IMG/VR virus record: IMGVR_UViG_3300033802_000463
Location: 72,064-136,063 of that record
Length of the DNA: 64,000 nt
From: a virus
Strand: one strand, 5' to 3'
The position numbers and the translations under genes are program-made. The notes under the pieces are model-generated. The model was not told the DNA's origin. It made no database searches and saw only the letters and a list, made by a program, of their open reading frames with translations. This document shows positions 32,418 through 42,000 of this stretch, one piece after another (the stretch's first letter is position 1; every line of letters starts with the position of its first letter).

Positions 32418-33613
32418 GCCGCATTCGCTCCAAATACCGGAATTACATATTGTTCAAACGCTGCCGTCTCTCCGATCATTTTGGATTGCACCAATGCGCC
32501 AACCATATAGAATCCAATGACGTTCGCAAATTGCGGATTTTCGAGCGATACCAAGATGTCGATGCCTTTCTCGGCAAGCAATTCGCGGATCGCATTGTCG
32601 AAAATATGCGCGCCGCCTCCGGTGAGGTAGATCGCATTCAAGCGGAACACTTCGTCTCCCCAGGCATCCAGCACAGCTTTGACAATGATCGGCGCAACTT
32701 CATCAACGGCCGCTTTGATTTCTTCCTCAACCGGAACGGGTTTGTTCAGATGAATAATTTCTTTTGTTCGGATGGCTTGATCCAAATCTTCATCCGTTAC
32801 TTTGATCCGTTTGCCCATGCTGTCAAATTTGGCAACAATCAGTTTGCGCAGGGCGTCGTATACTGCCGTGGTGGCCACCGTAGAAATAATGTGGTCTTTC
32901 CGGCGATCATCGATGGTTCCGTTAATGAACAGTGCCGCATCGGTTGTACCATGACCAATATCGATGACACCCAGGTTTTTGTGCTTCACATTGTTGATGA
33001 TAAAATTCACCGGGTCGAACACAAAGCTGTCGTAGGTGACTGATCCTTCTGGCTGGCGAAGAACCAGATTTCCAACAATATTGATCTTTTTCCTGACGGT
33101 AATCGGCTTCTTTTGATGGCGATCATAGCCAACGTGGAAATCAATTTCATAGCTTCCGGTCAAAAACTCTTCGAGATCCGCCCGGATGTTCAAATCATAA
33201 TCTTCGTTTGGAACGCCTGTAACGACAAACACATCATATTCGCCTTCTTCGTGAGGAACACTCATGGCGATCGCTGTCTTAAACAGAACGCGGCTGACAG
33301 GATCTTTGGCGCGGTTCCGGTCGCGCGTCCGGTTTGAAGCCCCCATGTCTACCTGAAGCGCCTGAAGTCCGACGTAATGCGTTTCACCATCAATGGTCAC
33401 AAGCAGCTCGTCTTTATGTATCCTTCCGCTGAATCCGCTTGCCCCTTCTGCCCTTCCGGACATCGCTGTGCTCGGGAAGTTGTCCCCGTCCGTGACATAA
33501 TTGGAAAGAAACTTGGTAATCCCAAATCCGATGTCGATTCCAGCCAAATAAGGATACGTTTGCTTTGTCCCTTCTTCCCTGGCGATACCCGCTTGTTTGA
33601 TCTTGGACGGCAT
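32414..33613 (-). CDS. ParM/StbA-family actin-like ATPase
   Basis: GIDIGFGITK, VTGVP, QPEG, VIDIGHGTTD, LTGGGA, ANVIGF. Confidence 0.9.
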   Translation of the reverse strand: MPSKIKQAGIAREEGTKQTYPYLAGIDIGFGITKFLSNYVTDGDNFPSTAMSGRAEGASGFSGRIHKDELLVTIDGETHYVGLQALQVDMGASNRTRDRNRAKDPVSRVLFKTAIAMSVPHEEGEYDVFVVTGVPNEDYDLNIRADLEEFLTGSYEIDFHVGYDRHQKKPITVRKKINIVGNLVLRQPEGSVTYDSFVFDPVNFIINNVKHKNLGVIDIGHGTTDAALFINGTIDDRRKDHIISTVATTAVYDALRKLIVAKFDSMGKRIKVTDEDLDQAIRTKEIIHLNKPVPVEEEIKAAVDEVAPIIVKAVLDAWGDEVFRLNAIYLTGGGAHIFDNAIRELLAEKGIDILVSLENPQFANVIGFYMVGALVQSKMIGETAAFEQYVIPVFGANAA

Positions 33614-33629
33614 AAATTTTCCTCCTCGT

Positions 33630-33664
33630 TACTCAAATATACTCAAAATTACTCTTTATGAGTA
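33630..33664. repeat. parC-like iterons/operator upstream of the actin gene
   Basis: TACTC at 33630, 33640, 33650 and inverted GAGTA at 33660; exact 10-bp period. Confidence 0.6.
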
Positions 33665-33742
33665 AATTCTATCATGTTTCTTTTATAAAAACAAGAAATA
33701 CTTTCCTCTATAAATCTTGCAAAATCTCTATTTTTCTACAAA

Positions 33743-33785
33743 ATGAAGCAGCCTGCAGATGTGCCGTTTCTGCAGGCTGCTTCAT
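33743..33785 (-). terminator. Intrinsic terminator after the tRNA operon
   Basis: 17-bp perfect inverted repeat ATGAAGCAGCCTGCAGA with a T-run on minus. Confidence 0.75.
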
Positions 33786-34072
33786 GATGTGCGGGGTTGT
33801 CACGAAAGGTGGAGATCCTTCGCAAGTGACTATTTCAAGCCTTTCGGCTCAAAATACAATGATTATTCGGTTTGCTCGATATCTTCTTCGGGTTCAGCGG
33901 CCAGGCAAGACTCACATGGTTCATTTGCCTGCTCTTGCGTGCTTTTAGGAGATCCGACACAATAATCGCTGATGACCTTAATCAGATTTCCGCAGACCGG
34001 GCAGATGACTTCTCTGCGCCATGGCCATACGTTTCGATCAATGGGCATCGGAATCACCCTCTTAAACGTTTA

Positions 34073-34150
34073 TGGTCGGGACGGCAGGACTCGAACCTGC
34101 GATCCCGCGCTCCCAAGGCGTGTGCGCTAACCAAGCTGCGCTACGTCCCG
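34073..34150 (-). tRNA. tRNA-Pro(UGG)
   Basis: Cloverleaf, loop CT-TGG-GA, GTTCGAGTC, CCA end. Confidence 0.9.
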
Positions 34151-34153
34151 CTA

Positions 34154-34244
34154 TGAATCAGGAGGAGGATTCGAACCGCCGATATTGACACCCATTCTCT
34201 TCGCGAGCAGGAATCGAACCTGCGTGTCAATACCCCATGCCTGA
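34154..34244 (-). ncRNA. tRNA-like element with two T-arms and no anticodon arm
   Basis: TCAGG/CCTGA outer stem; TATTGACAC/GTGTCAATA stem; GCAGG-TTCGATT-CCTGC and GGCGG-TTCGAAT-CCTCC. Confidence 0.55.
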
Positions 34245-34246
34245 TA

Positions 34247-34335
34247 TGGCGGATGGAGAGGGATTCGAACCCCCGTAGACTTTCGCCCTAACGGTTTTCA
34301 AGACCGCCCCGTTATGACCACTTCGGTATCCATCC
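34247..34335 (-). tRNA. tRNA-Ser(UGA)
   Basis: CT-TGA-AA loop, long variable arm, GCCA end. Confidence 0.9.
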
Positions 34336-34338
34336 GAA

Positions 34339-34411
34339 TGCTGCCGAGAGGAATCGAACCTCCAACCTGCTGATTACAAGTCAGCTGCTCTGCCTGTTGA
34401 GCTACAGCAGC
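34339..34411 (-). tRNA. tRNA-Thr(UGU)
   Basis: CT-TGT-AA loop; CCA not encoded. Confidence 0.9.
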
Positions 34412-34417
34412 AGATTA

Positions 34418-34493
34418 TGGCGGAACCGACGGGATTTGAACCCGCGATCTCCTGCGTGACAGGCAGGTATGCTAACCGCTGCACCACGGTTCC
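34418..34493 (-). tRNA. tRNA-Asp(GUC)
   Basis: CT-GTC-AC loop, GCCA end. Confidence 0.9.
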
Positions 34494-34503
34494 GAATGAA
34501 GAA

Positions 34504-34576
34504 TGGATCCTGCAGGACTTGAACCTACAACCAACCGGTTATGAGCCGGCTGCTCTACCAGTTAAGCTAAGGATCC
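34504..34576 (-). tRNA. tRNA with CAU anticodon, probably Ile2 (lysidine type)
   Basis: CGGCTCATAACCG anticodon arm as in Bacillus tRNA-Ile2; CCA not encoded. Confidence 0.8.
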
Positions 34577-34577
34577 A

Positions 34578-34653
34578 TGGCTCCCCGAACAGGACTCGAA
34601 CCTGTGACCCGCAGATTAACAGTCCGCTGCTCTACCGACTGAGCTATCAGGGA
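34578..34653 (-). tRNA. tRNA-Asn(GUU)
   Basis: CT-GTT-AA loop, GCCA end. Confidence 0.9.
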
Positions 34654-34654
34654 A

Positions 34655-34729
34655 TGGCACCGGCTCAGGGATTCGAACCCCGACTGACGGTTTTGGAGAC
34701 CGCTGTTCTGCCAATTAAACTAATCCGAT
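34655..34729 (-). tRNA. tRNA-Trp(CCA)
   Basis: CT-CCA-AA loop, GCCA end. Confidence 0.85.
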
Positions 34730-34739
34730 TTGATGAAAA

Positions 34740-34825
34740 TGGGAAAGGAGAGATTCGAACTCCCTGCGTTTCTAATGTGCCGGATTTACAGTCCGGTGCC
34801 ACTCCGCCATTGTGACCGCTTTCCC
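34740..34825 (-). tRNA. tRNA-Tyr(GUA)
   Basis: CT-GTA-AA loop, long variable arm. Confidence 0.85.
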
Positions 34826-34826
34826 A

Positions 34827-34973
34827 TGGATTCATGTTCCTCTCCTCTCGCAACTTTCTCCATGAACACTCTCATTATGTATGCACCGCCCCTGCTGTGG
34901 ATTGGCGGCGAAACAGGGGCGGTGCGTCGTCAGATACCGTCCAAAAACCGAGAGAGGAGAGGCTATCATGAAC
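34827..34973 (-). ncRNA. Putative rod-shaped RNA at the head of the tRNA operon
   Basis: TTCATG..CCTCTCCTCTC pairs with GAGAGGAGAGG..CATGAA; inner 12-bp GCACCGCCCCTG/CAGGGGCGGTGC. Confidence 0.45.
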
Positions 34974-34999
34974 AGCCCAGGCATCGCTGCCTGTTTCTT

Positions 35000-35029
35000 A
35001 TTATACACATATTGTAATGCATTACAATA
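35000..35029 (-). promoter_or_regulatory. Sigma-A-like promoter of the tRNA operon overlapped by a palindromic operator
   Basis: Minus strand TTGTAA-N16-TATAAT; 20-bp palindrome TATTGTAATGCATTACAATA at 35010-35029. Confidence 0.65.
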
Positions 35030-35056
35030 CATTTTTTGTGTTTTTCTTCAACTTCC

Positions 35057-35767
35057 TCACCAATCCATAACCATAGCATTGCGATGCGGCTCATTCTCGC
35101 TCGCTTCCACATCGCACATGTATTCCATCCGCCAAACTTGATCACTCATATACCGTCTGGATTCCTGCATGGCCTCATATAGGGACGGAAACATATTTCC
35201 CGTAATCGTCGTTACATAACCGCCCATCATTTGTGCATACCGATGATACTGCTTAAATACGGTATCTTCTCGCCTGACCATCGAACCGGCCATCACTACG
35301 TCGCTATTCAGCTGATTAAGATATCGAATCATCGTATTCATGTTCCCGATGCCGCGGCGGATCTCCGGCTCATCAAAAAGCAGCTGCTTATTGCTCCGAT
35401 AGGACGAAACGTAGCCTTCCAGCGAATGCTCAATATGAATGAAATGGTCATTGACGTAAAGTTCCATCATGTCATTACTGTCTCGTGTGATCTGAGCGTC
35501 CATGTCCATTTCCAAGATCAATCGGCACAGCATATCAAAATAATGGCGCCTTAATTGACTGGACGGCACAATGAGTATTGCATCTTTATCTTTCTTTAGA
35601 ATCGCCCGTTTCATAAGCGCCGTGGTCTTCCCGCTCTTGCGGCAGGCGATGGCCGAAATGCAACGCGCATCACTGTTGATGAAGTCATCCCAAATCCTAT
35701 ACTCGCCCTCGCCTCGATACGGCGGAAGACCGGGATGCACCTCCAAATACTGGGCTAACAGATCCAT
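35057..35767 (-). CDS. Stand-alone terminase-ATPase-like P-loop protein
   Basis: ACRKSGKTT, ILIVPS, LLFDE, RMEYMC; ATG at 35767. Confidence 0.5.
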   Translation of the reverse strand: MDLLAQYLEVHPGLPPYRGEGEYRIWDDFINSDARCISAIACRKSGKTTALMKRAILKKDKDAILIVPSSQLRRHYFDMLCRLILEMDMDAQITRDSNDMMELYVNDHFIHIEHSLEGYVSSYRSNKQLLFDEPEIRRGIGNMNTMIRYLNQLNSDVVMAGSMVRREDTVFKQYHRYAQMMGGYVTTITGNMFPSLYEAMQESRRYMSDQVWRMEYMCDVEASENEPHRNAMVMDW

Positions 35768-35984
35768 GCGAATCACCTGCCTCGATAAAGCGCGGACCTC
35801 TGTATCCGTCTTTGTTGATTTCTTCAAACCACATCGAAAGCGGCCGGAAAAACAGCTCACCTTCTTCATTTGTGTAAGACACCATATCTTCCATCGTTTC
35901 TGAATGCTTTCCAATTCCAATGACCCTGTACACCTTGCCGTTCTTCCAATGGCGATACAGAGCCCCAATCCTTGGTGTTCTCAT
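35697..35984 (-). CDS. DUF1653-like protein
   Basis: LYRHWKNGKVYRVIGIGKHSETMEDMVSY...FFRPLSMW...RF. Confidence 0.75.
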   Translation of the reverse strand: MRTPRIGALYRHWKNGKVYRVIGIGKHSETMEDMVSYTNEEGELFFRPLSMWFEEINKDGYRGPRFIEAGDSHGSVSPVFGGASRSSAVSRRGRV

Positions 35985-36361
35985 GGTCCTATTCTCCTTA
36001 TAAAAAAAGGCCGTGGGCCTTCAATGTTTCTTTTCTTCTGAGTTTCCCAATGTTGTTTGAGCTTGCCTTTTATCGAAATAGCCGTCACAGATCTTCGTAT
36101 CATGAATGACGGTTTTCTTTCTGCAGCAGAAACCAATGAACTCGGGAGTATACCGGTCTTGACACAACTCCACACATAATAAGCATGACTCTTCATGTTC
36201 GGCTTTCATAATAAACACCTGCCGCTTGCAGAAGCTCGCGGGCAAGTGAAAATCGGCCAAACCAATAATCATCTGAGGTCCGTACTTCTGCGTTTTTATA
36301 TTCGTTTTTAATTCTGTCAATCAGTTCCTGGAACTTTTGCGGATCCATGTGCATCCTCCTG

Positions 36362-36745
36362 TCAATTGTGATAAACAATCCAATCGTCAGCCATCATATC
36401 GTCGCCATCTGCCGTGTATTCTGTCGGCTCATGTCCCGGAATCACGATCTGCTCCATGATCGTTCCCGTATTTTCATCCAGATACAGATAAGAATTGATT
36501 TTACTAAATCGTGTTACTTTCCATCCAGACTTGACCAATGTCAGTGCGATGCTGAAATCAAAGTGCCTCAGATACTGAAGATCTTCATTATTCGGAACAA
36601 TAATCAGCACTTTGCTGTCGCCAAATTGCTCTTGCCATGCTTCGGCAAACCGAGCTGCATCTTCATAGGGCATATCGCCGGCTTTAAGAACATAAACCCC
36701 CTGAACATACTGAGCCCGATGAATATACTCTTGCAAGAGCTCCAT
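36362..36745 (-). CDS. DUF2829-like phage protein
   Basis: DFSIAL..VK.G.KVTR...DMMADDW. Confidence 0.55.
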   Translation of the reverse strand: MELLQEYIHRAQYVQGVYVLKAGDMPYEDAARFAEAWQEQFGDSKVLIIVPNNEDLQYLRHFDFSIALTLVKSGWKVTRFSKINSYLYLDENTGTIMEQIVIPGHEPTEYTADGDDMMADDWIVYHN

Positions 36746-36939
36746 TCGGTCACCGACACCTCCAGGAGCACGCTAGTAGCCGTTTCATGATAACCTCTCC
36801 CCTGTCACAGCCAGTCTTCTTCCATCAATTGAGCTGTGGATTGTCCGCTGTCCGGCAGCTTTAATTCGATCAAAGCCTTGAAACGCATAACGAAACAGTG
36901 GATTTGCTGTTACCGCCTTGTTACTAAAAAGCACCGCAA

Positions 36940-37305
36940 TCACCTCCTTTCGGATTCGTTGCGGTTTCCTGCCTTTCTCTTTAACCGACTATTCTTTTTG
37001 TACTGGCTTCGCTTCACTTTACAGGATGAACAATAGACCGTCGTGCGGTCATTTTCTTTCCCGCACATGACGCAGAGTCCTTTCTCCAATCTGTCTTGAT
37101 ATTGCTTTTTCTGATAGTGCTTTTGGCAAAGACCTGCGCCAAATGCTTTGCGGTTGCATTCCGGCTCACTGCATGTACCCGCTTCTTTTCGCATGACCGC
37201 ATTCGCATCCCCATAACGAAGCTCACGCCTGTAGTGCTTCCAACACTTCCCCCTGGCGACAACTTTTTCTTCTGTGCATCCTTCGACACTGCAGCCCATC
37301 TCCAT
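36940..37305 (-). CDS. Zinc-finger repeat protein
   Basis: Two CS..GC/EC...A.G.C.KHY repeats and GLCVMCG...YCSSC. Confidence 0.6.
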   Translation of the reverse strand: MEMGCSVEGCTEEKVVARGKCWKHYRRELRYGDANAVMRKEAGTCSEPECNRKAFGAGLCQKHYQKKQYQDRLEKGLCVMCGKENDRTTVYCSSCKVKRSQYKKNSRLKRKAGNRNESERR

Positions 37306-37511
37306 CCCCCTTTACTCAAATACATCATCTCTACATTGTTGTTCTTTGATACTCCTTACACGGATTCGAATCTTCTTGTCAGCTTGGATCTTCTTCTCAG
37401 CCTCCTCTCCTGAAGAAGCCTCAACAAGTGCGAAATAAATCGCTCTCAATGGCGGAATTTCGTATTCCACACCGTAGGTACGCATCACTTTTACCACCCT
37501 CTTTATCTTAT

Positions 37512-37525
37512 TGTAATGCATTACA
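37512..37525. promoter_or_regulatory. Palindromic operator TGTAATGCATTACA over a leftward promoter
   Basis: Perfect 14-bp palindrome within minus-strand TTGTCA-N18-TACAAT. Confidence 0.6.
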
Positions 37526-37531
37526 TTACAC

Positions 37532-37653
37532 TTTGACAAGACAGAAAAAACCCTATATAGCCCCAAATTTTTATAAAAAAATTTTGGGCCAAGCCTCTTC
37601 ATTTGACACTCTGGAAAAAACCCCATATAGGGCCATTTTTATAAAAAAAAATT
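37532..37653 (+). repeat. Imperfect 52-bp direct repeat (70-bp period) at the strand-switch point
   Basis: TTTGACA..GAAAAAACCC.ATATAG..CC.ATTTTTATAAAAAAA twice. Confidence 0.75.
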
Positions 37654-37746
37654 GCGCGTGGTAGTAGGTTTCCTTGAGTTGGGTATGGGCGGCGTTCGGA
37701 GCCCCACCCACCTCTAATACCAAATACGATGAAAGGATGATTTCGC

Positions 37747-37929
37747 ATGGCACAACAAAAACAAAGACTGAAACTGATCATGGAGTATCTGAAGGAGAAC
37801 GGGAAAGCTGTTCGATTTGGTGACCTGATGAGACAAGGATTCTATTCCTTTGTCATCAAGATGGTGGCTGAAGAAGTGGGAGCAAAGCTTGATTATGACG
37901 ATCAAGGGTACAGCATCATCGCCTTCTGA
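37747..37929 (+). CDS. Small hypothetical protein (possible HTH)
   Basis: AAGGA SD; first rightward gene. Confidence 0.55.
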   Translation: MAQQKQRLKLIMEYLKENGKAVRFGDLMRQGFYSFVIKMVAEEVGAKLDYDDQGYSIIAF

Positions 37930-38101
37930 TGATGCTCCCTCTCTTGCCTGCACCGTGCTGGCCTCCCCGTGGCGCAGGTGGATACCCAACCAACAGCACG
38001 ATTGGCACGCTGATGACAGTATGCGTGTTCAATTAAAACCTGTCACACCAATCAGGGTTGGCAGTGATCCCGCAAAACTGACCATAAGAAAGGAGTTTAA
38101 C

Positions 38102-38635
38102 ATGAAAAACGCAGCAGCAAACATCAAATTCGGTTATGAGCTGAAGAACGCCCTGGGCAAGATTGTGGTTATGCCAAGGGCACACAAGGCAATGGTAATC
38201 GGCAAGTCTGTAAGCAAGGGCAAGATGGTTTTCGATGCAGTTGTGACCTATGGTGGCAAGGCTCTGAACGCCGTATGGAAAGGCATCAAGTGGACCGGAC
38301 GCATGCTCTGGAGGAATCGTGCAGCGATTACCATTGGTGCAGTGTCGGCTATTGCAGCCGGCGCCATGACGAGTAGCATGACAGGTGCAGTCATGGCAGC
38401 TTCAGCAATTGCTCCCGCAGCGATGATGGCATGGGATTCGATTATTGCATCGATCCGGGAACGCAAGATGCAATTCCGCTTGAATCTGAGGAGGATGTTG
38501 AATGCATCCATTGCGGGATCCATGTTCCCTTGCTTGTTTATCTATGGCTTCTTTGGCCTGGCGCTTGCTTTGGATTATGCCTTCTATGCTGCACTGGATG
38601 GGCTGTTCTATAGCCTGGTGCTGTTCTACCTGTAA
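38102..38635 (+). CDS. Predicted membrane protein
   Basis: AAGGAG SD, ATG 38102; several hydrophobic segments. Confidence 0.6.
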   Translation: MKNAAANIKFGYELKNALGKIVVMPRAHKAMVIGKSVSKGKMVFDAVVTYGGKALNAVWKGIKWTGRMLWRNRAAITIGAVSAIAAGAMTSSMTGAVMAASAIAPAAMMAWDSIIASIRERKMQFRLNLRRMLNASIAGSMFPCLFIYGFFGLALALDYAFYAALDGLFYSLVLFYL

Positions 38636-38912
38636 TTAGGTAGACAGTACAGGTGATGATGCATATGCCTGACGTGATGACGACGGATGAAGGCATGGTG
38701 TAGGCGTCACCAGGCGCGGCGCAGGCATGCGCGCCCTATAAATACATGGCTGTTGGATTGATGCCTCCATTACCGGCATCCGCAGTGATGACAAGCGCAT
38801 TGTTATCCGTATTGGCCACTCGTCATGATGGCCCGCAGTAGCGCCGGCGATATAGGTGCTCTTTGTCGTTTAGTGGGAATCACCCGCCGGCATCGTACCC
38901 GTCATTTGCAGA

Positions 38913-38940
38913 GGTTTCATCCTCTTGGCGGGACTCATGC
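38913..38940 (+). repeat. Left arm of a 28-bp inverted repeat
   Basis: GGTTTCATCCTCTTGGCGGGACTCATGC; reverse complement at 43257-43284 (27/28). Confidence 0.9.
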
Positions 38941-39045
38941 TTGATCACTTGCAGTATATAAGCTGCTTTTTCTAATTTTCTATTTTTCTGCTTTTATATC
39001 AATTTTCAAGATCAACAAATTCACATAAAAGGAGAATGATTCACT

Positions 39046-42000
39046 ATGCAACAAAATCAAATCAACAAGTTCATGTCTGCAGCTGATGTTCTTGGTGCTT
39101 TGGCTTCCTTCCCGGGCATCCGTGAAGGCGGCAAGAACTTTGATCTCGTAACCAGTGCTATGACGGAGGGGAACAATATCTTGAACATTCTGCGTGACCC
39201 GGTTGGTATTGCAGGGATTGCGCCTCAGCAAGCGCATCATTTCGCTCGCTTTGTTGAAACCTACAAGGATCAGCTTCCAGAACGCTTGATGCCGAAGAAG
39301 CGGGATTCCATCCAAATCCTGATTGCAGACATCAACTTCATGAAGCGAGATGAAGATGGATGGATGGTGTCCACATTTAAGTACAATGATCCAACGAAAG
39401 ACAACGGATTTGACTTCAAGAGTGAGAATCAAATGGCTGATGTATTTGCATCGGAGCCGGTTATTCTGCAAATTCGCCGCAAGTTTAACAAAGGCGAGAT
39501 GGTTGTAGAGAAGCGTGCTCGTCTGATGCATGACATTGTAACGGTCAACATGAACTGGGTCCTGGAGGAAGGCCAATCCGAGCCGACCGCCGAGCAGCTG
39601 GCCATCCAAGCGGAGCTGATGGAAAAAGGCTTCAAGATCATGATGAATGGTGAAGCTAAGTATTGCAAAATGATTCAGCAAACCAACAGCCAGGCACGCC
39701 AAGTTATGGCCAATTTCTTGGTTTGCGACAATGAGTTTGATGCTGTTCCTGAGTTCTTCATGAAGCTGGGACACAACCTTGTTGCTTATGGAAAGAAGAA
39801 TGCAGATGGAACCATTACGATTGATTGCACCAAATATATGAGCCGTATTGGTCTGTCTGGAACCAGCTCCATCCTCTGCCGCGCCATTCAAATCGGAGAT
39901 CAGATTCAAGAGAATGGAGATGGCAGCTATTCCATCCTGGGTGGCAATATGACGATGCGTGTTCAGCCGGATGTGCATGTCATGGTTCGCATCGGCAAAT
40001 ATAAAGTCATCAATGCACAAACCAAAGAGTTTGAAGTCTTCGATGCTTCCGAACATCCGGTAAAGATGGTGGCTGGCGATGGCCTGATCTTTGTAAACAA
40101 GCGTATGTATAAGGCACTCGTTGCTGAACATGGCGTTAATGTCGATGCTTGGCAAGTTCGGATTACGCCGTTTGGCAAAGGGCTGGCTGTCTATGTCCCT
40201 GGCCTGGAGAAAACATTCGAGGAAGATATTGTGGCATTTAGCTCCGCCATCAAAGGTGACTTCCGCGATGTTGTAGGCGTACACAAGATCCAATTCCGTG
40301 TCGCACTTTTCAATAAGCCGGCCAAGAAGATTAAGAAGTATACGGAGTATCCGTATCAATTTGTCCATGGAACCAGCCTGACTGCTGAAGATATGATGAA
40401 TCTGGTAAAACCTCATATGGAGAAAGTCAAGGCAATGCTTGAAGATCCGGAGCTTCTGATGGATTATCTTGGCATGGATCGTCTGGAAGGTGCATCCGAC
40501 GAAGAACTGGACAAGGCACTGGTGACAACGTTGATGACATTCCTGCATGAGGCGCCGTTCACTTACAAGGATGTCCAAATGAAGAAGTATGCAATGCAAC
40601 ACATTATGGACATGATCAAGAACTGGGTTGTCGGTTCGATCCCTGTTGAAGCCAATTACAAGTTCATGGTTCATGATCCGCTGGCCATCCTGGAGACGCT
40701 GCGCTTGGATCGCTTGCTCCCAGGCAAGCTGCGTGATGAAGATGGCGATCTTGTTATTCCTCCGAATGTGGGCTTGCCTGCAGGTACGGTTGTCGTTCGT
40801 GATATGAATGACGAGTATCTTGAAGGTGAAATTGGCATGCAGCGCAATCCGTTGATTGCCAAGAGTGAATCTGCGGTTGCTGTGGCTATGAAAGATCCGA
40901 AATATGTTCGTGTCGGCCATTTCCGTAATCTTTGCGTCATGAGCGTTCATGACTTCAATACCGCAAAGCAAGGTGGAGCCGACAATGACGGTGACAAAAC
41001 ACTGGTTATTAAGGATCCTGTGATCATCAATGCCATCAAGCGCAATGCTCACCTTCCTGCCCTGCTGGATATTCATGTGGTTGAATATGTGGATGGTCAA
41101 CCGGTATTCGATAGCGGCTGCCCGAAATCCTGGAGCGCGAAGCCAGAGAATGTGTATTCCATTCCCGCTCCCATGATTGTTAAGCAAGACGGCTTCAAAG
41201 TGACATTCGCTAAGGATCAGTATAATGAAACGCTCATTAATGAGCTTCATAAACTAACCAAGGATTACATCACTCGCACACTGAAGCCGAACCAAATCGG
41301 CTTGTTGACCAATTATGCCACGAAGCTTGCAGATGCCGTGCGTTCACTTGGTTATCAATACAAGCTTGGCGTAGACAAGGATGGTCTGCCGCTTTCTCAG
41401 AAAGATAAGCAAGACATTCTGAATAAGATCAAACAATTCGAAGAATGGATTGATCTTCTCCGCCTGTGCCAAGGATGGGAGATTGACGCCGCGAAGCATG
41501 GCGGTGCATTCTGGGAGGCGCTTGAGAATGAGCTGAGCTTCATCAAGAATCCGCCGGAGGAAGTTGGATACGTTAGCGAGAAGACCAGCAGGACTGTATG
41601 GTATACGCCGGACTGGATGGCTGAGCGCAATAACAAAGAATTTGGTGTATACACCGGTTCGGTTCTTTCCCGCTTGTTTGTCGATATGGTGAAAGAACGC
41701 GCTGACATCTCGAAGTTTGTTGATGAAATGGACAAGCGTTCTGAAGGAGCCAACATTTACGGTGAGCTGAATGCAGCGATTTCCATGTCTCCGGAACGTT
41801 ATGAAATGATCAAGGCACATGTGGTAGACATCGATCGTGAGTATCGCATGGGTATGCAGAACCTTATCAAGAAAGAATCCGAAGCAATAGATCGCGCGGT
41901 CGCTCTGGCTGAAGGCAACAAGCACAAGCTGGAGTATCTCATGGAAATGGTTCATACCAAGATGAAAGAGGAACGAGCTTTGCTCATTGAGTCCTGCGCC

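Noticed and set aside
34247-34335. Suppressor or selenocysteine tRNA
   Set aside because: Anticodon is UGA (reads Ser UCA), not UCA; genes use standard stop codons.
36940-37305. HNH homing endonuclease
   Set aside because: Only the Cys/His zinc-binding repeats are present; no HNH catalytic motif.
38665-38685. ATGCCTGACGTGAT as a twelfth hairpin element
   Set aside because: Stem is only partly paired and TTC is absent at the conserved distance.
38913-38940. Hammerhead-like look of the inverted repeat (ATGA-GTCC...GGAT-GAAAC on minus)
   Set aside because: The required CUGANGA core is absent (G5 position is C), stem II is broken in the second copy, and no stems I/III were found.
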